DNA from: a virus
Direction: 5' to 3' (one strand)
IMG/VR virus record: IMGVR_UViG_3300023240_000010
DNA: 64,000 bases
Shown in pieces: positions 35,858 through 44,958 of the stretch. Positions within the stretch are counted from its first letter, which is position 1. The number at the start of each line of letters is the position of its first letter. The position numbers and the translations under genes were made by a program. The notes under the pieces were generated by a model. It was not told the origin of the DNA. It was given only the letters and a program-made list of their open reading frames with translations, and ran no database searches.

Positions 35858-36699
35858 GCATTTAATTTCTTAAAATAAAAATCGCCCCAGTTCGGATTAT
35901 AAGGCGGTATTTCTGCCGGCGGAATCTCGGAGTATCTTCGAAACTCTCTTGGATGATTATCTTTAAACTCGGATAGTATAAAGTCACCAGATTTCCAGAA
36001 TACATCATCAGAATGATCCGGTGACGTAAAGAATACAAGTTCTTCAGATAATGGATACACGTACTTATCCATTGCATAACCTATCACACTATAATCTAAT
36101 GTAAGTAATAGTGCAACTACTTCATTGTGCCTATTCGATATTTCAATCTTTATTACTGGATCGTTATTACTTAATAACTCTTTTGCTCCCTGCAATAAAT
36201 TATATTCACATCCTTCAACATCAATCTTTATATAAGAAACATTGACAAAGTTAAATGAGTCTAATGTTCTAGTAACTACTGTAGTACTGCCGATCAGTTT
36301 ACGATCTTCATTAACGACAGGAGGAACAAAGTCAAGATGATTTGTTCTTCCGTTTCCTTTATATACAACAAGAGATGCTGTAGCATTCTCGTCGCTTAAT
36401 GCTAGTCGATGTGTGATAATATTATCATGATGCTTTAAATTTTCTCTAAGGCAAACATAATCTTCACCAGGTTCAAAGGAATGTATTTCTCCGAAGTCCT
36501 TTACATATGAAACTGATTCAATACCAGTACTAGCACCGCAATCCAAATAAACTTTATCGGGTCCGTAAATATCACCAAGATTCAGAGAATCAATAACAAT
36601 TCTTGATTTTCCAAATGACGAAGTGATATTACGATGACCTTTGTCATTACCTCTAGTGAAGTAATCATGACCGAGAATATTCGCGATAGGCGTCAGCAC
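35854..36699 (-). CDS. FkbM family methyltransferase
   Basis: LDCGA..G, SFEP, ALSD, TLDS, IKIDVEGCE..LL.GA. Confidence 0.88.
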   Translation of the reverse strand: MLTPIANILGHDYFTRGNDKGHRNITSSFGKSRIVIDSLNLGDIYGPDKVYLDCGASTGIESVSYVKDFGEIHSFEPGEDYVCLRENLKHHDNIITHRLALSDENATASLVVYKGNGRTNHLDFVPPVVNEDRKLIGSTTVVTRTLDSFNFVNVSYIKIDVEGCEYNLLQGAKELLSNNDPVIKIEISNRHNEVVALLLTLDYSVIGYAMDKYVYPLSEELVFFTSPDHSDDVFWKSGDFILSEFKDNHPREFRRYSEIPPAEIPPYNPNWGDFYFKKLNA

Positions 36700-36703
36700 A
36701 AAA

Positions 36704-36895
36704 TCATTCTACCGCTTGTGCCTGAGCGTCTTCAACAATCTGTATCAATGCAATACACTGATCGCGTAACTGTCCAATAGTTGCTAGTTCTTCACCTTTA
36801 AAACCACCTCGTGCCGCAACTGTGTCGATTACTGCAACAGTTGATCGGGTGATACGATTAGCGAGGTCTGTCATTTCGTTAGTTGTTTTAATCAT
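36704..36895 (-). CDS. conserved hypothetical protein
   Basis: RSTVAVID....RGGFKGEEL.TIGQLRDQ. Confidence 0.7.
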   Translation of the reverse strand: MIKTTNEMTDLANRITRSTVAVIDTVAARGGFKGEELATIGQLRDQCIALIQIVEDAQAQAVE

Positions 36896-36897
36896 TA

Positions 36898-37572
36898 CTA
36901 TACTCCGTAAGTACTAGATTTTTCAAGGGCACACCAGTATTCGATGCCATTATCTTTGTTCACAAAATGTGAGATTAGTTTCTTAGAGATACCAACTTCA
37001 TAATCACCATCAATCATTTTTAGATTAGAGATGTTAAAGATAAAGTTGAACTTCTCTTCAGCAAATACTCCATCAACATCAATAGAATATACGTTTGATG
37101 TACGATCATTGTTATCGATCACAGACAATGATACAACACCATCAGTTGCGGTCACTGACATTTCAGTATGACCAAGAACAGATGCCGCACGTTTGATACT
37201 TGATAGCGTAGCACTATCTAGTGTAAACTTAACTTCGGTCTCAGGCATAATAATGTCCTTCGAAGGAGTAGTTAGCATCTCAATGTCAGAGTAGAAGTAC
37301 TTGATACGTGAGCGACCAGCACTATCTGTTACGAGAACATATGAGTCTTCGAACTTGAGTCGAGGAGAGTCTACCAGAGATAGAACACTCAGAAACTCAC
37401 TGAGTTCATAGATGCCAAATGTCTTGGGGAATGTCACATCTAGTTCAACAGAACTTAGGACATTCTTTGCTTCTGATACAGTCTTGATTACATTGCCTTC
37501 AGTGATCACAATGTTTGGGTTGATAGTAGCATAGTTCTTGAGAACTTGCATTGTCTTTTCAGTTAATTCCAT
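36898..37572 (-). CDS. 45: sliding clamp gp45
   Basis: LKNYATIN.N, FGIYEL.EFL, NLKMI.GDY.V, YW.ALE; promoter TTGACA/TATAAT at ~37604-37632. Confidence 0.95.
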   Translation of the reverse strand: MELTEKTMQVLKNYATINPNIVITEGNVIKTVSEAKNVLSSVELDVTFPKTFGIYELSEFLSVLSLVDSPRLKFEDSYVLVTDSAGRSRIKYFYSDIEMLTTPSKDIIMPETEVKFTLDSATLSSIKRAASVLGHTEMSVTATDGVVSLSVIDNNDRTSNVYSIDVDGVFAEEKFNFIFNISNLKMIDGDYEVGISKKLISHFVNKDNGIEYWCALEKSSTYGV

Positions 37573-37628
37573 AATATATCTCAGTTGGTTTGTTTATGGG
37601 TGTATTATAACATAGAACTTTAGGGATG

Positions 37629-39335
37629 TCAAGCGACTTTACTAAAGTTTTTCTCTTTAATGAATTCAATCTTTGAATCAAAGTATTGCTCCAGGATTGC
37701 TCCTTTATGACTGATAACAAAGATGCTAGAATCACCATCCATACTATCAATTATCTTAGTTAGGTTATCCACACCATCAGCATCAAGAGACGAATCGAAA
37801 GTTTCATCTAGTATCAACAGATTAGTGGCAACACTGTTCTTCATCTTAGCGATCATACGCCAGGTAAATAGTAACGCCAGATCGATGCGTTGCTTCTCGC
37901 CCTCAGAGAAAGAATCATACGAGAACGAATCACGGTGACGCGAACGAATAGTTTCTTTGAAAGTGTCATCTAGGTCAAACGAGACATAGAAGTCCAGAAT
38001 CTGGAGATACTGATTCGTTAGTTTATTAATGACAGGCAAGTACTGCTTAATGATTTTGGTTTTAATACCAGTATCTTTCAACAGTTCTGCTATAACAACA
38101 CCGTATGATCCTTCATCAGCAATCACAATATGCTCATCATGTAGAACTTGCTTACTCGCTTCGAGTTCTGCTTTTGCCTCTAATGCTTCATCAATACTTG
38201 CTGTCTCTTCATCAATCTTAATAAGATCATTCTGAAGAACTGACATACGTTTCTGCCACTCGTTCACTTGAGCATTACTGATATGTACATCATTAATGGC
38301 AGAGACTAGTTGCCTGCTATGTGTCTCTACACTTCCACGTCTATCGTCGAGTTCGTTGATTTTGGTGGACGCTTGGGTTCTACCTTCTTCGAGTTCTTCT
38401 CCCTTAGTTCGTGCGTGTGCTGTTTTTGTTGATTTAAGGGATTCTTCGATGTCCTGGTCACAGGTTGGACAGATGTCATTACTTTCATAGAATTTAATTT
38501 CCTTTGCAAGTTCTTTCTGTTTAACCTGAAACTGATGGTCGTACTTCTCGAACTCTACTCTCTGCTTGTTTATCTTAGCAAGTTGCGACTTTACCATTGC
38601 AAGTTCATGCTCAAGATCAGCAGTATTAGTTGCTATACGTTCATCAATCTTCTCGCCCAACTCAGTAATCTCTACCTGCTTCTTCTCTTTCTGTTCGGAA
38701 CTAAGTAGACGAAGTGTGTTTACATATCGTTCTTGGTTCTTAATCTTATCACGAATCAACTCTAACTGAACTTGATTAGTCCGACCCTTCTCACGTAGCA
38801 CAGACATACGCTCTTTAAGAATACCATTCATCTTAGAGAATACGTTAATGTCAAGTAGGTCTTCGATCACATCTCGTCTATGTTGAGCAGGGAGTTGCAT
38901 GAATGGAACAAATGAAGATGATCCAAGAACAACTATCTGGTGAAACGATTTGTGATTCAACTTCAGAATATTCTTCTCAAGTACTGATTGATACTCCTTG
39001 TTGTGACTGTCCTGATTGACCAGAACATTATCTTTCCATATCTCGAAAGTATTAGGTTTAATACCACGATGAATCTTATACTCACTTACACCAACAGAGA
39101 ACTCTACTTCAACTTCAGTTCCTTTATTGTTGATAGAATTGATCAACTGATTCTTCGTGATACTCCGATGTGCCTTACCGAACAGTGCGAATGACAGAGC
39201 ATCCAACATCGTAGACTTACCTGCACCGTTCTGACCTACTACAAGAGTAGACCTAGAACGATTCAGTTGGATCTCAGTGAAACTATCACCGGTCGATAAG
39301 AAATTCTTATATCTTAATGTTTTAAAAATAATCAT
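37629..39335 (-). CDS. 46: recombination endonuclease subunit gp46 (Rad50/SbcC-like)
   Basis: G.NGAGKST, CPTC zinc hook, FSEGEK.RIDL, LDE.FDSSLD, ISH. Confidence 0.96.
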   Translation of the reverse strand: MIIFKTLRYKNFLSTGDSFTEIQLNRSRSTLVVGQNGAGKSTMLDALSFALFGKAHRSITKNQLINSINNKGTEVEVEFSVGVSEYKIHRGIKPNTFEIWKDNVLVNQDSHNKEYQSVLEKNILKLNHKSFHQIVVLGSSSFVPFMQLPAQHRRDVIEDLLDINVFSKMNGILKERMSVLREKGRTNQVQLELIRDKIKNQERYVNTLRLLSSEQKEKKQVEITELGEKIDERIATNTADLEHELAMVKSQLAKINKQRVEFEKYDHQFQVKQKELAKEIKFYESNDICPTCDQDIEESLKSTKTAHARTKGEELEEGRTQASTKINELDDRRGSVETHSRQLVSAINDVHISNAQVNEWQKRMSVLQNDLIKIDEETASIDEALEAKAELEASKQVLHDEHIVIADEGSYGVVIAELLKDTGIKTKIIKQYLPVINKLTNQYLQILDFYVSFDLDDTFKETIRSRHRDSFSYDSFSEGEKQRIDLALLFTWRMIAKMKNSVATNLLILDETFDSSLDADGVDNLTKIIDSMDGDSSIFVISHKGAILEQYFDSKIEFIKEKNFSKVA

Positions 39336-40405
39336 ACGATATCTAAGGTCTGTGCCTCAATCATTAATTGGTGAACTTCACTCTTGATCCGGTCTTTGTC
39401 TAAGACTGTATCTACAGCGTCTATGTAAGTATACAACAAATCCTCGGTAGAGTCAACATTTATTTTATCATCATCAACATCATTACCCATAAACTCTGAA
39501 AAGTTCTCTGCAATCTTCAGTTCATGTATCTGTTTCATCTGCAAACGATCCACAAACTTCTCGAACAATTTAGGTTTAGATTTGTTCACTACAACTAACT
39601 TAACATACTTATGGTCTACGTCAGGTAGTTCACCAATGCCATACTTGTAGTCTGCTTTCTCTACTGTATCATCATAGTATACACGTTCAAAGATACGTAG
39701 TGGATTATGTACAGGTGTCAGTTCACGAGTGTCTGTGTCCAGGACATGAAAGTACTTAGGATCATGCGCATCAGACCAGAAGAACTCGTACTGTGACCCA
39801 AGATAATGAATCGGTCCTTGCTGTGACTTAGTATGAAAATGACCAGATAGAACCATTTCGAATCTATCGAACGTCGATGATTTCATACCATGTACACAAG
39901 GAATGCCCGCTTGCATCTCAAACCCTTCTAACTCCAAGTGCGCACCTACATGAGATGCTTTACACGTAGCAAGAAACTCCATCGTGTGCTTTTCGTTATC
40001 TTGGTTTATCCACGGAACAAGTGCAAAATCAAGACCATCATAATTAACAACAGTAGGTTTTTCGATGATACGAACCTCTGCCATATAATGTCCGAGTAGT
40101 TCTTTTAGAGCATTCAGTTGATTCGTGTTCTTGTAGTACACATCGTGATTGCCAGGAATAATGTCCATGTGTATTTTATACTCACGGAGTTTCTCTAGGA
40201 ATATCTTACGATTGTGTTCTAGTGCCTTAAAGTTAATGGTCTTTCTGTTCTCATAATAATCACCAAGATGCACAATCTTAGTAATCCCGTTCTCTTTCAG
40301 ATATGGAAAGAACACATCACGATAGAATCTCTCTTGATAGTCCATAAAGACTTCAGAAGAATTTCGTACACCGCAATGCGTATCATTTAGGAAAGCAATC
40401 TTCAA
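39332..40405 (-). CDS. 47: recombination endonuclease subunit gp47 (Mre11/SbcD-like)
   Basis: DTH.G, HLGD, GNHD, SGHFH. Confidence 0.95.
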   Translation of the reverse strand: MKIAFLNDTHCGVRNSSEVFMDYQERFYRDVFFPYLKENGITKIVHLGDYYENRKTINFKALEHNRKIFLEKLREYKIHMDIIPGNHDVYYKNTNQLNALKELLGHYMAEVRIIEKPTVVNYDGLDFALVPWINQDNEKHTMEFLATCKASHVGAHLELEGFEMQAGIPCVHGMKSSTFDRFEMVLSGHFHTKSQQGPIHYLGSQYEFFWSDAHDPKYFHVLDTDTRELTPVHNPLRIFERVYYDDTVEKADYKYGIGELPDVDHKYVKLVVVNKSKPKLFEKFVDRLQMKQIHELKIAENFSEFMGNDVDDDKINVDSTEDLLYTYIDAVDTVLDKDRIKSEVHQLMIEAQTLDIV

Positions 40406-40408
40406 ACT

Positions 40409-41020
40409 CTAGTCCTCAAAATGATCTGATAAGTCCGAATCAACAGAGCGACTTCGACGTTTGCGCTTATTGTCTTTGGCATACTCTTTAATGAGTCTAT
40501 CATTGGACTTAACATAGTCGATTCTACCACGCAATTCTTCGACAAATGCTTGGGTCTGCTGTTGTACTCCAGCGTCAAGCAATTCACTACTCACCATCTC
40601 TGACAAACCACTCTCTGACAGATAGCGAATCTTGATGTCTTGTTGCTTCTTCTCTTTCTCAATACGACGAAGAAATGCATACCAACTAATCTGTGTGAAG
40701 TATGCGAATGCATTAGGTTTACCAGTTCGTGTAGCAGTCTCCAGATTGTAGTTTTCAATTGCTTTGAGGCAGTTTTCTACAGCATCCATTACCATTTCTT
40801 CGCGATACGTATATCGGACGAAGTTAGATTTGTGTGATAGTCCTTCACATATCTTTAAAAAGCATTCCGCAATGTAGTTAGTGACGATTGGCGGTACTTC
40901 GCCTCTCGCTACTGCGGCATTCTTAGATGCAACATAGTCTACTACCGACTGTGAGAACAGAGCATTATTAACGTAATGTGGTTTCTCTTTCGGTTTTAGT
41001 TTCTTTGTTGGTTCTTTCAT
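40409..41020 (-). CDS. 55: late sigma factor gp55
   Basis: HYVNN, YI.ECFLKI..GLS...NF..YTYREEM..DA.ENC, NAFAYFTQI...AFLRRI.KEKKQ. Confidence 0.95.
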   Translation of the reverse strand: MKEPTKKLKPKEKPHYVNNALFSQSVVDYVASKNAAVARGEVPPIVTNYIAECFLKICEGLSHKSNFVRYTYREEMVMDAVENCLKAIENYNLETATRTGKPNAFAYFTQISWYAFLRRIEKEKKQQDIKIRYLSESGLSEMVSSELLDAGVQQQTQAFVEELRGRIDYVKSNDRLIKEYAKDNKRKRRSRSVDSDLSDHFED

Positions 41021-41038
41021 TATCTTTGCTTACTCGGG

Positions 41039-41497
41039 TTAGTTGTGGATTGGTATGTTCTTGTTAGGACCATTATACACTGCTTCGTTTTGATTGTCAA
41101 CCACTCTCTGTCTTAAATCAGAAGAAGAGAATCTATGGGATCTTTCATTGAAGTAGATGTGCATACCGCGCTTGCGACAGAGGTCTCTGCCAGTGAACTC
41201 TTTGTCTTTGTACTCTTCGCCAAGTATACGCACATCTATATCGTACATAGAAAGAATGTCAAGAAGGTCACGCTCGGTGCTGTAGGGAACAATCTCGTCA
41301 ACATACGAACACGCTTGAAGTTGCGTGTAGCGTTCAACGATGGTTTGGATGGGTGCGTTCTTTTCGGGGCGATCTAGTTGAGGGTCAACTTGAAGTCCTA
41401 CTATAAGATATTCACATTGTTCTTTTGCGTTGCGGAGCATCTGTACGTGACCAGCATGTAGCAGATCGAATGCCGAGCAAGTGAAACCAATTTTCAT
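41039..41497 (-). CDS. cytidylyltransferase (TagD/glycerol-3-phosphate cytidylyltransferase-like)
   Basis: FDLLHAGH (HxGH), C.YLIVGLQ.DP, ER..QL..C.YVDEI, R.H.FSSS.LR. Confidence 0.88.
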   Translation of the reverse strand: MKIGFTCSAFDLLHAGHVQMLRNAKEQCEYLIVGLQVDPQLDRPEKNAPIQTIVERYTQLQACSYVDEIVPYSTERDLLDILSMYDIDVRILGEEYKDKEFTGRDLCRKRGMHIYFNERSHRFSSSDLRQRVVDNQNEAVYNGPNKNIPIHN

Positions 41498-41529
41498 TAT
41501 ATAATGCCATTTCGTTTAATATAGAGTCC

Positions 41530-41558
41530 ATTATACACTATTAATGAACGATTGTCAA
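41530..41558 (-). promoter_or_regulatory. sigma70-type promoter driving tagD-like/gp55 operon
   Basis: TTGACA-17-TATAAT. Confidence 0.8.
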
Positions 41559-41584
41559 GAAGTAAAAATAATTAAAGAAAAAGG

Positions 41585-41613
41585 TTGACATCCTTTCTCA
41601 TTTATAGTATAAT
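41585..41613 (+). promoter_or_regulatory. divergent (antisense) sigma70 promoter
   Basis: perfect TTGACA-17-TATAAT on + strand with no credible + strand gene. Confidence 0.7.
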
Positions 41614-41655
41614 GCACTTAGAATGTTTTTAATCATAAAAAAACTCTTTTGACAC

Positions 41656-42141
41656 TCAGTGAACAATATCGTCATCTGTTGGATTAGACTTTAAGAAAGG
41701 AAACTGTACAACATTAGATCCGTCTTTGCTCATCACTCGTTTCATAGACTGTTCTAAGCGTCCTCTATTTTTATCTAAGTTTCTTTGGTACTCTGCTTCC
41801 GCTTCCGCAACTTCTTCGTCACGCTCAAAGGCAACAGCATTCATTTCTTCTACAGCATAAACATACTCAGAGGCAAGGTGCTTGCTAGGACGATTGCTCG
41901 TAATTACATGACTCATATTCATTACCATATATTCTTTCTCGCCCTCACAAAAATTGACAAAGGGGCGAAACATAAAGACACTCTCGCCAGACTCGTTCAT
42001 TTGTCCGTTCACTATCTGCATAACATTCTTAATAATAATTTCATTAATAGCGGGGTCAGCAGGATCGTTCCACTCCAAAACTTCACAAACTATTTCATGA
42101 CCACTACTTAACTTAAACTGAGCAAAATCTATTTCGTTCAT
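41656..42141 (-). CDS. conserved T4-like hypothetical protein (Sm-like fold candidate)
   Basis: QFKL.SG.EIVC.V; conserved position downstream of uvsW. Confidence 0.7.
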   Translation of the reverse strand: MNEIDFAQFKLSSGHEIVCEVLEWNDPADPAINEIIIKNVMQIVNGQMNESGESVFMFRPFVNFCEGEKEYMVMNMSHVITSNRPSKHLASEYVYAVEEMNAVAFERDEEVAEAEAEYQRNLDKNRGRLEQSMKRVMSKDGSNVVQFPFLKSNPTDDDIVH

Positions 42142-43616
42142 TATATATCAACCTGTGTTATCTTATAGGGGAACTTCTCACTAGTATATATCTTTATTCT
42201 TTCTGCACTATGGCGAAGAGTAAAGTTTGCTTTCTTACCTATATGTAGATCATCTGCTATATCATATAATTTAGCAGTTGAACCATCATCACTCTGCCTT
42301 AACCCACGCCCGATAGACTGGAGTACACGTATCTGAGACTTGCTCGGAGACGCGAATATAATGTTGTGCAGATTTCGAATGTTAATACCAGTAGAAAAAG
42401 TGCCAAGAGAGGCAACAATGATACAATTATTATGCTTATCAACGATATTACGGATCTGCTCTCTATCTGCTGTCTTCGTCTCCCCACTAACATAGAATAT
42501 CCTTTGTCCTTCTTTAAGTTTATCTTCTACTAAATCACGTAGAACTTTACCATGTCTATCAACCAAGTTGAATAGTACTAGCGTATTTCCTTTCTGACTG
42601 ACAGCAAGGTTTGCAATAAAGTTATTGCGCTTCTCGTATGATACAATGAAATCAATCTCTTCTTGGTAAGTCCTGCCTTCGGTCAACTTACAAAACTCTT
42701 CGGCATACTTCAGTAGTATGATATCAATATCCAGTTTTGCTAATGTCTCATTTTCTTGTAGTGCGTGTGTAGTAGTAACACGATGTACTGGACCAAATAG
42801 TCCCTCTAGTACTAACTTATGTACTTGAGTACCGTCGAGTGTACCTGTTGTTCCCCACCTGTACTCAGCATTCTTTGCTTTGTTCATAATAGATGATAAA
42901 GACTTCGACTTGAATCCATGTACTTCATCACCAAAGATAGCACCATAGTCTTCAAACCAAACTGGGTGTAACTTATAGATGGACTGCCATGTTGTGACAA
43001 CAATACGCTTATCAGTCTCTTTATCTTTACCAGAGTAAATCTTATGTACTTCGTTATCTACATCCATTCCGTATGATTTAAAGTCAGCATACATCTGCTC
43101 AACAAGAGAAGTTGTCGGAACAATAACAAGAATCTTCTTATCATGATTCACCATGTACCATTGCATTAGCAGATAGATGATAAAGGATTTACCAGAACCA
43201 GTCGGTGATATTAGAATGCATCGCTTATATGTGATTGCATGTGTTATAGCATCATACTGATAGTCGCGAGGTTTGAATGGAATACCTAAAGTATCCATCC
43301 AATTCATGGTCTCTACGTGATTGACTTTGTTAGTTTCGTACGGGAAACCGTAAGGACCTTCGTCCACCTTGATGCCATACCCACGTTGCATAGCAAACTT
43401 CTTTATAGCATAGTATAACCCTGCATTGATCTGTCCTGTGTTACGATCCAGCATTCTTATCTTGCCGTCCCACAACCGCTTCTTTACAGCGGGCATGAAC
43501 TTCGCGCCAGGAACTTCAAATGTAAAGTGTTCACTCAATTCATGGACCACATCAGGGTCACACTCCACCAATTGGAGCATCGAGTAATCTTTCATTTTCA
43601 GGGTTATTGTTTGCAT
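42141..43616 (-). CDS. uvsW: SF2 helicase UvsW
   Basis: PRDYQ, SPTGSGKS, VPTTSLV.QM, DEVH, GTTGTL, TFSTGINI, LQSIGRGLR. Confidence 0.96.
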   Translation of the reverse strand: MQTITLKMKDYSMLQLVECDPDVVHELSEHFTFEVPGAKFMPAVKKRLWDGKIRMLDRNTGQINAGLYYAIKKFAMQRGYGIKVDEGPYGFPYETNKVNHVETMNWMDTLGIPFKPRDYQYDAITHAITYKRCILISPTGSGKSFIIYLLMQWYMVNHDKKILVIVPTTSLVEQMYADFKSYGMDVDNEVHKIYSGKDKETDKRIVVTTWQSIYKLHPVWFEDYGAIFGDEVHGFKSKSLSSIMNKAKNAEYRWGTTGTLDGTQVHKLVLEGLFGPVHRVTTTHALQENETLAKLDIDIILLKYAEEFCKLTEGRTYQEEIDFIVSYEKRNNFIANLAVSQKGNTLVLFNLVDRHGKVLRDLVEDKLKEGQRIFYVSGETKTADREQIRNIVDKHNNCIIVASLGTFSTGINIRNLHNIIFASPSKSQIRVLQSIGRGLRQSDDGSTAKLYDIADDLHIGKKANFTLRHSAERIKIYTSEKFPYKITQVDI

Positions 43617-44060
43617 TTAGAATCCTGCTTCAAATTGCTTCCATCGTATCATATTTCCGATTGTCTGGTGTCGCCACTTAATGTTCTCGACGATTTCTTT
43701 CAACACATCGATTAGTTCTTTTATATATGTGATCCTTGCTTCGCTCTTCATGATCTCGGGATCAGAGTTATAGTAGTAATCCATTTCCCCTTTAAGAATC
43801 TTCAGACCATCAAAGGGATCAGGATTCCATCCCTTCTTCTCGATCACTTCACGAGACATCTTACCTTGGTAATATAACCACTTATCTTTAAGTAGTAATT
43901 TCTGCTTGAACTCCACATCCTTTAACTTCAGGCGCGAGTCAGAGAGTAATGTTAGATACTTAGCATGGAGACGTGGTGTCTCCTGGGAACTAACGTCTAA
44001 TTGGTTAAACTCAATTTCACAGTCTTTCGTCCATTCTTGTAGAACAGTTTGTAAATCCAT
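43617..44060 (-). CDS. uvsY: recombination mediator UvsY
   Basis: W.KD..I, P.LHAKYL, KW.YY.GK, I.WRHQ.I.N.I.W..F.AG. Confidence 0.9.
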   Translation of the reverse strand: MDLQTVLQEWTKDCEIEFNQLDVSSQETPRLHAKYLTLLSDSRLKLKDVEFKQKLLLKDKWLYYQGKMSREVIEKKGWNPDPFDGLKILKGEMDYYYNSDPEIMKSEARITYIKELIDVLKEIVENIKWRHQTIGNMIRWKQFEAGF

Positions 44061-44074
44061 AATATTTCACCTTA

Positions 44075-44097
44075 AAAAATGTAGTTATTAACTACAC
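44075..44097 (-). terminator. intrinsic terminator after gp3
   Basis: GUGUAGUU-AAU-AACUACAU followed by U-tract. Confidence 0.55.
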
Positions 44098-44104
44098 TAT
44101 TGTA

Positions 44105-44614
44105 TCATACAAAATCAAAATAGTCAAACTTAAACGATATAGGGAACGTAATAAACTGCCCATCGCTAGTTGAAGCAAAAGTAATGTCACCTAATGATAT
44201 AGGAAATGAGTTGACATACTTCAGTTCTCTTGCAACATTATTGCCGCTAGTCAGCACTGCTACTCTAATATCACAGTAGTGTGCAATGTCTTGGATCGCA
44301 CCACCCGCCAGAAGTCTACCAGTATTAGGTCTGTGTGGCGTTTCAACCATTCTTTCCATCCACTGAAACAATTCTTCGTAGACATTCATTTTCTCATCCA
44401 TTAGAATATCCATGGACAATGTGCCGAATGCAACTGTATCGCCCGTCAATGCAACAGACGCTCTACGATACGGCACATCAACAGCATTCATCTCCATAGA
44501 GGGATGCATCACTTGCTGTGCGTAGAATTGTAAATTAGGAAAGTTCTCACGAGATACTGTGATCTTAAATCCAGTTGGTGCGAGATAGTTAGTATCGCAT
44601 GTAAAGTCTGCCAT
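44105..44614 (-). CDS. 3: tail completion/sheath stabiliser gp3
   Basis: NYL.PTGFK......PN..FY.Q, F..L......DE.M..Y.E...W, FPISLG.I.F; late promoter at 44647-44640. Confidence 0.85.
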   Translation of the reverse strand: MADFTCDTNYLAPTGFKITVSRENFPNLQFYAQQVMHPSMEMNAVDVPYRRASVALTGDTVAFGTLSMDILMDEKMNVYEELFQWMERMVETPHRPNTGRLLAGGAIQDIAHYCDIRVAVLTSGNNVARELKYVNSFPISLGDITFASTSDGQFITFPISFKFDYFDFV

Positions 44615-44658
44615 TGTTTCTTACTCCAGTTTATACAGATATTTATACAAGTTTTAAC

Positions 44659-44844
44659 TCAGTATCCACCAGTCTTAAACCAACCCTTTCCTTTAAGATG
44701 AAATCCACCACCACCAGCAACAAAGACTTTCTTTAGTTCTTCTTCTTTACATTTAGGACAAGTAGTCAATGGATCGTCTGACATTTTTTGCATCACTTCT
44801 AATTTGTTTTCACACTTCTTACATTCATAATTGTATGTAGGCAT
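44659..44844 (-). CDS. FmdB family zinc-ribbon protein
   Basis: MPTY.Y.C.KC, Q.MSD.PL..CP.C, F.LKG.GW..T. Confidence 0.88.
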   Translation of the reverse strand: MPTYNYECKKCENKLEVMQKMSDDPLTTCPKCKEEELKKVFVAGGGGFHLKGKGWFKTGGY

Positions 44845-44884
44845 CACGTTTCTCAGAGTTTAATTATAGAACTATTTAGCAGAC

Positions 44885-44910
44885 AAAAAAAACCCCTCCG
44901 TGAGGAGGGG
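44885..44910 (-). terminator. intrinsic terminator after gp23
   Basis: CCCCTCC-TCAC-GGAGGGG followed by T8. Confidence 0.85.
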
Positions 44911-44958
44911 TATAAAGATTAAAACAAGTTTCTTATTATTATCTTTTCTACTACAGTC

